From positions 3,545 through 67,544 of the forward strand of contig CAVYJM010000010.1 in the NCBI GenBank assembly GCA_963768855.1: DNA of 64,000 bases. Reading direction: 5' to 3'. This document shows, piece after piece, positions 61,691 to 64,000 of this stretch. Each line of letters starts with the position of its first letter. Within the stretch, counting starts at the first letter, position 1. Made by a program: the position numbers and the translations under genes. This DNA is from an uncultured Thermoplasmata archaeon. Its GTDB lineage: Archaea; Thermoplasmatota; Thermoplasmata; RBG-16-68-12. The notes under the pieces are model-generated. The model made no database searches. It saw nothing but the letters and a program-made list of their open reading frames with translations, and was not told the DNA's origin.

Positions 61691-62533
61691 TCAGCCGGTG
61701 ATGAGCGAGCGGACCATCGTGATGATGTTCCTCGGTCGTTCCCGCAATCGGCGGGTGAAGTACGGCAGCCAGGTCGGCCCGTACGGGATGTACTCGGCGA
61801 CGGCGTGACCCTGGGACACGAGCTCGGCCTTAAGCGGATCGCGGACCCCTTGGAGCATGGCGAACTCGAACGGGACGTCCGGGTGCTCCTTGGCGAGGGA
61901 GAGAGCCCGGTCGATCATCTTCCCGTCGTGGGTCGCGACGGCGAAGTGCGTCCCGGCGGTGAACAGAGTCTCAAGGAGCCGGAGGTACTCCCGGTCGATC
62001 TCCGGGTGGCGCGTGAACGCGACGTCCTCCGTTTCTTTGTAGGCGCCCTTGACGAGGCGGATCCGGGCGCGCAGCGCGAGCAGGTGCCTCAGGTCGTCCT
62101 CTGTGCGGCGGATGTTTGCCTGGAGGCAGAGGCCGACCTTGTCGTACCGCTTCAGGAGGTTCTCGTAGACCCAGATCGTGTCCGCGACGGTCGAGGCGCC
62201 CTCCATGTCCACCCAGAACACGTGGCCCCATGCCTTCGTCGCATCGAGGATCGGGATGATTTGGGAGAGCGCGTATTCCTTGTCGATCAGGATGCCGAGC
62301 TGGGTCGGCTTGATGCTCACGTCCGTGCGGACGTCCGCGGCACGGAGCTTCGCCACGAGACGGAGGTACTCCTGCGTCGTGGCTTCGACGGGCGGCTTCT
62401 CGTGGTAGTGCTCCCCGAGATGGTTCACGACTCCTTGGATGCCGCGCCGGTTCGCTTCCTTCGCGACCCGCAGGGCATCGTCCATCGTCTCCCCCGCGAC
62501 CCACTGCCGAGCGAATCGAATGAGGAGCCCCAT
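61691..62533 (-). CDS. Proline dehydrogenase
   Basis: TIM-barrel PRODH blocks: DVSIKPTQLG, RIRLVKGAY, FAVATHD and EFAMLQGV. Confidence 0.75.
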   Translation of the reverse strand: MGLLIRFARQWVAGETMDDALRVAKEANRRGIQGVVNHLGEHYHEKPPVEATTQEYLRLVAKLRAADVRTDVSIKPTQLGILIDKEYALSQIIPILDATKAWGHVFWVDMEGASTVADTIWVYENLLKRYDKVGLCLQANIRRTEDDLRHLLALRARIRLVKGAYKETEDVAFTRHPEIDREYLRLLETLFTAGTHFAVATHDGKMIDRALSLAKEHPDVPFEFAMLQGVRDPLKAELVSQGHAVAEYIPYGPTWLPYFTRRLRERPRNIITMVRSLITG

Positions 62534-62590
62534 GGGTCGGGGGATTTCCCGCCTTCGCTCAAATAGCTTCCGACTTGGGCAGCGAGACGG

Positions 62591-63049
62591 TCAAATGGGC
62601 TTGCCGCACGAGATGCAGAACTGCGCCTCTTCGGGGTTTAGGCGTCCGCACGCGCGGCACCGCACCTTCACGTCGCCCGCCTGCATGGCCTCCCGCCCGC
62701 GAACCGTGTCCGCGGAGTTGTTCGTACCCGCGACGGCTCCGAACAGGAGGAAGAGCCACCACAGCCGGACCATCCACCCGCCGACGCCCGCGAGCACGCC
62801 GCCGAGGACGAAGAGCATCATCGCGCCGAAGAAGCCGTTGAAGAACCCGGTGATCGAGAAATCCGAGCTCGTTGCGTTCCCGATCGTGCCGCCGATGAAC
62901 GCGAACATGCCGTAGAGGATGATCAGGATGCCGGCAATCATAAGGACGGCGCCGACGAGGAGTACGGTCACTGCGCCCCAACCGAAGGGCAGGGAGGGCG
63001 CGTTTCTCCGGTTCCGGGTCATGGCGTACGCGGCGAGGGGCAGGGCCAT
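62591..63049 (-). CDS. Membrane protein with a C-terminal zinc ribbon
   Basis: Three or four TM segments and then RCRACGRLNPEEAQFCISCGKPI. The start is ambiguous (63049 or 63022). Confidence 0.45.
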   Translation of the reverse strand: MALPLAAYAMTRNRRNAPSLPFGWGAVTVLLVGAVLMIAGILIILYGMFAFIGGTIGNATSSDFSITGFFNGFFGAMMLFVLGGVLAGVGGWMVRLWWLFLLFGAVAGTNNSADTVRGREAMQAGDVKVRCRACGRLNPEEAQFCISCGKPI

Positions 63050-63162
63050 ACTGTGCGAGCTCCTGGGGCGTCCCGAACGGGACGTCGTCCTGCGAGGTTC
63101 GGTTTGCCCCCTGATATACTTTTCAATGGCGTTCCCACGGTTGGTACTGACGCACGCTGGGG

Positions 63163-63570
63163 TCAGTGCAGGTCCGGCCGGGCGACGACGGTCTCCGCGA
63201 ACAGCACGCCCTTCACGGTGCGCAACCGATCCGCCAGCTCCGCGACCTGCTTCGACTCCCCTTCGACGATGAGGACCTCGAGGCATGCTTCTTCGCTCAG
63301 GTGTGTGTGGGCCGTGGCACGGATGGTGCCGAGGAAATCGTGCTGGCGGTGCAGGACTCGGTGCGTCACCATTCCGACGTCATGGCGATAGACGATTGTG
63401 ATCGTGCCGACAACGTGACCGCCCGCCTGGATGCGGCGCTGCACGAGACCTTGTCGAATCAGATCTCGCAACGCTTCCGAGCGGCTCGCGTACCCCTTCT
63501 CCCGGACGAATCGGTCGAACTCTCCGAGCAGGGGGCCTTCCAGAGAAACGCCGATGCGCTCGACGGCCAT
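63163..63570 (-). CDS. nikR: Nickel-responsive transcriptional regulator NikR
   Basis: N-terminal RHH RIGVSLEGPLLGEFDRFVREKGYASRSEALRDLIR. The C-terminal ACT-like metal domain has His/Cys ligand spacing (HVVGTITIVYRHD...HRVLHRQHD...AHTHL...EACLEV). Confidence 0.8.
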   Translation of the reverse strand: MAVERIGVSLEGPLLGEFDRFVREKGYASRSEALRDLIRQGLVQRRIQAGGHVVGTITIVYRHDVGMVTHRVLHRQHDFLGTIRATAHTHLSEEACLEVLIVEGESKQVAELADRLRTVKGVLFAETVVARPDLH

Positions 63571-63659
63571 GTGCTACCCGCCGTGGACGAAGTGCTACTC
63601 CCGGATGAATCCTACGGTTTTCGCCTCCTACCCCCGCGCTAAAGCTTTAAGTTGCGGCA

Positions 63660-63686
63660 GTGTTACTCTCACAACCGGCGTCATAC
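63660..63686. promoter_or_regulatory. Candidate NikR operator: imperfect dyad GTGTTA-N15-TCATAC
   Basis: Lies between a TATA-like AAAGCTTTAAGTT (63641-63653) and the transporter ATG (63698). TCATAC equals the E. coli NikR half-site; the other half matches GTATGA at 4 of 6 positions. Confidence 0.3.
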
Positions 63687-63697
63687 CGCCCTTTTGC

Positions 63698-64000
63698 ATG
63701 TCCGACCCCGTCCCTCTCTGGGTGTTCACGCTCGCGGCCCTCGGTCTGGGCCTTCGCCACGGCGTCGACTACGACCATATCTCCGCGATTTGGGACATCA
63801 CGAGCAGCCAGAAGACGGTCCGCGGCGGCGTGGTCCTGGGATGGTTCTACGCCGGTGGCCACGGGACCATCGTGGCGATCCTCGGGATGGCGGCGGTCCT
63901 GGTCGGCCTGCGGCTGCCCCCCGGTGTGGACAACGCGATGACGATCGTTGTGGGGGTCACGCTGATTGTCCTGGGCGTCTACGTCATCAACATGCTCGTC
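63698..64000 (+). CDS. Nickel/cobalt transporter (NiCoT/NicO-like), 5' part; continues beyond the window
   Basis: ATG at 63698. LRHGVDYDHISAI matches the HxxDxDH metal motif in TM2 of Ni/Co permeases. Divergent from nikR. Absent from the ORF track because it runs off the end. Confidence 0.6.
   Translation, partial: MSDPVPLWVFTLAALGLGLRHGVDYDHISAIWDITSSQKTVRGGVVLGWFYAGGHGTIVAILGMAAVLVGLRLPPGVDNAMTIVVGVTLIVLGVYVINMLV

Overview
High-GC (about 65-75% in most 60-nt lines), very compact, almost entirely coding archaeal chromosome segment. Archaeal markers: sn-glycerol-1-phosphate dehydrogenase, CDP-archaeol synthase, archaeal SepF, family-B DNA polymerase, RIO kinase, UPF0179 and DUF61 families, TATA-type promoters and many leaderless-looking starts. 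The gene set would fit a heterotrophic Thermoplasmatota-like euryarchaeon, but I cannot confirm taxonomy without a search. I support about 70 protein genes. Most are housekeeping or central metabolism: xseAB, pyrE, molybdenum-cofactor genes at three loci, hflX, gcvT, intein-containing class II ribonucleotide reductase, gdhA, etfBA plus a membrane Fe-S oxidoreductase, a citrate synthase/LeuCD-type dehydratase/icd operon, heme O synthase, nth, proline dehydrogenase, nikR plus a Ni/Co transporter. I found no rRNA, tRNA, CRISPR array, transposase or integrase. Signals worth follow-up: (1) three adjacent KaiC/RecA-like paralogs whose P-loop has Met in place of the invariant Gly (GxxGxMKT), plus a RadB-like paralog with no P-loop; (2) an AT-richer stretch (about 26.4-31.3 kb) holding an RHH/cardiolipin synthase/PHP cassette bracketed by about 104-nt direct repeats that duplicate the 3' end of a radical SAM gene; (3) a 123-nt ungapped duplication encoding a 39-aa Arg/Lys-rich microprotein; (4) a LAGLIDADG intein before the catalytic Cys of nrdJ with a non-canonical ...RQ terminus, followed by a frame break; (5) a motif-degenerate, twice frame-disrupted PolB; (6) a 22-nt palindrome recurring in four intergenic regions; (7) a GNAT-CarS fusion ORF. 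All functional calls rest on motif recognition by eye; no database search was possible.
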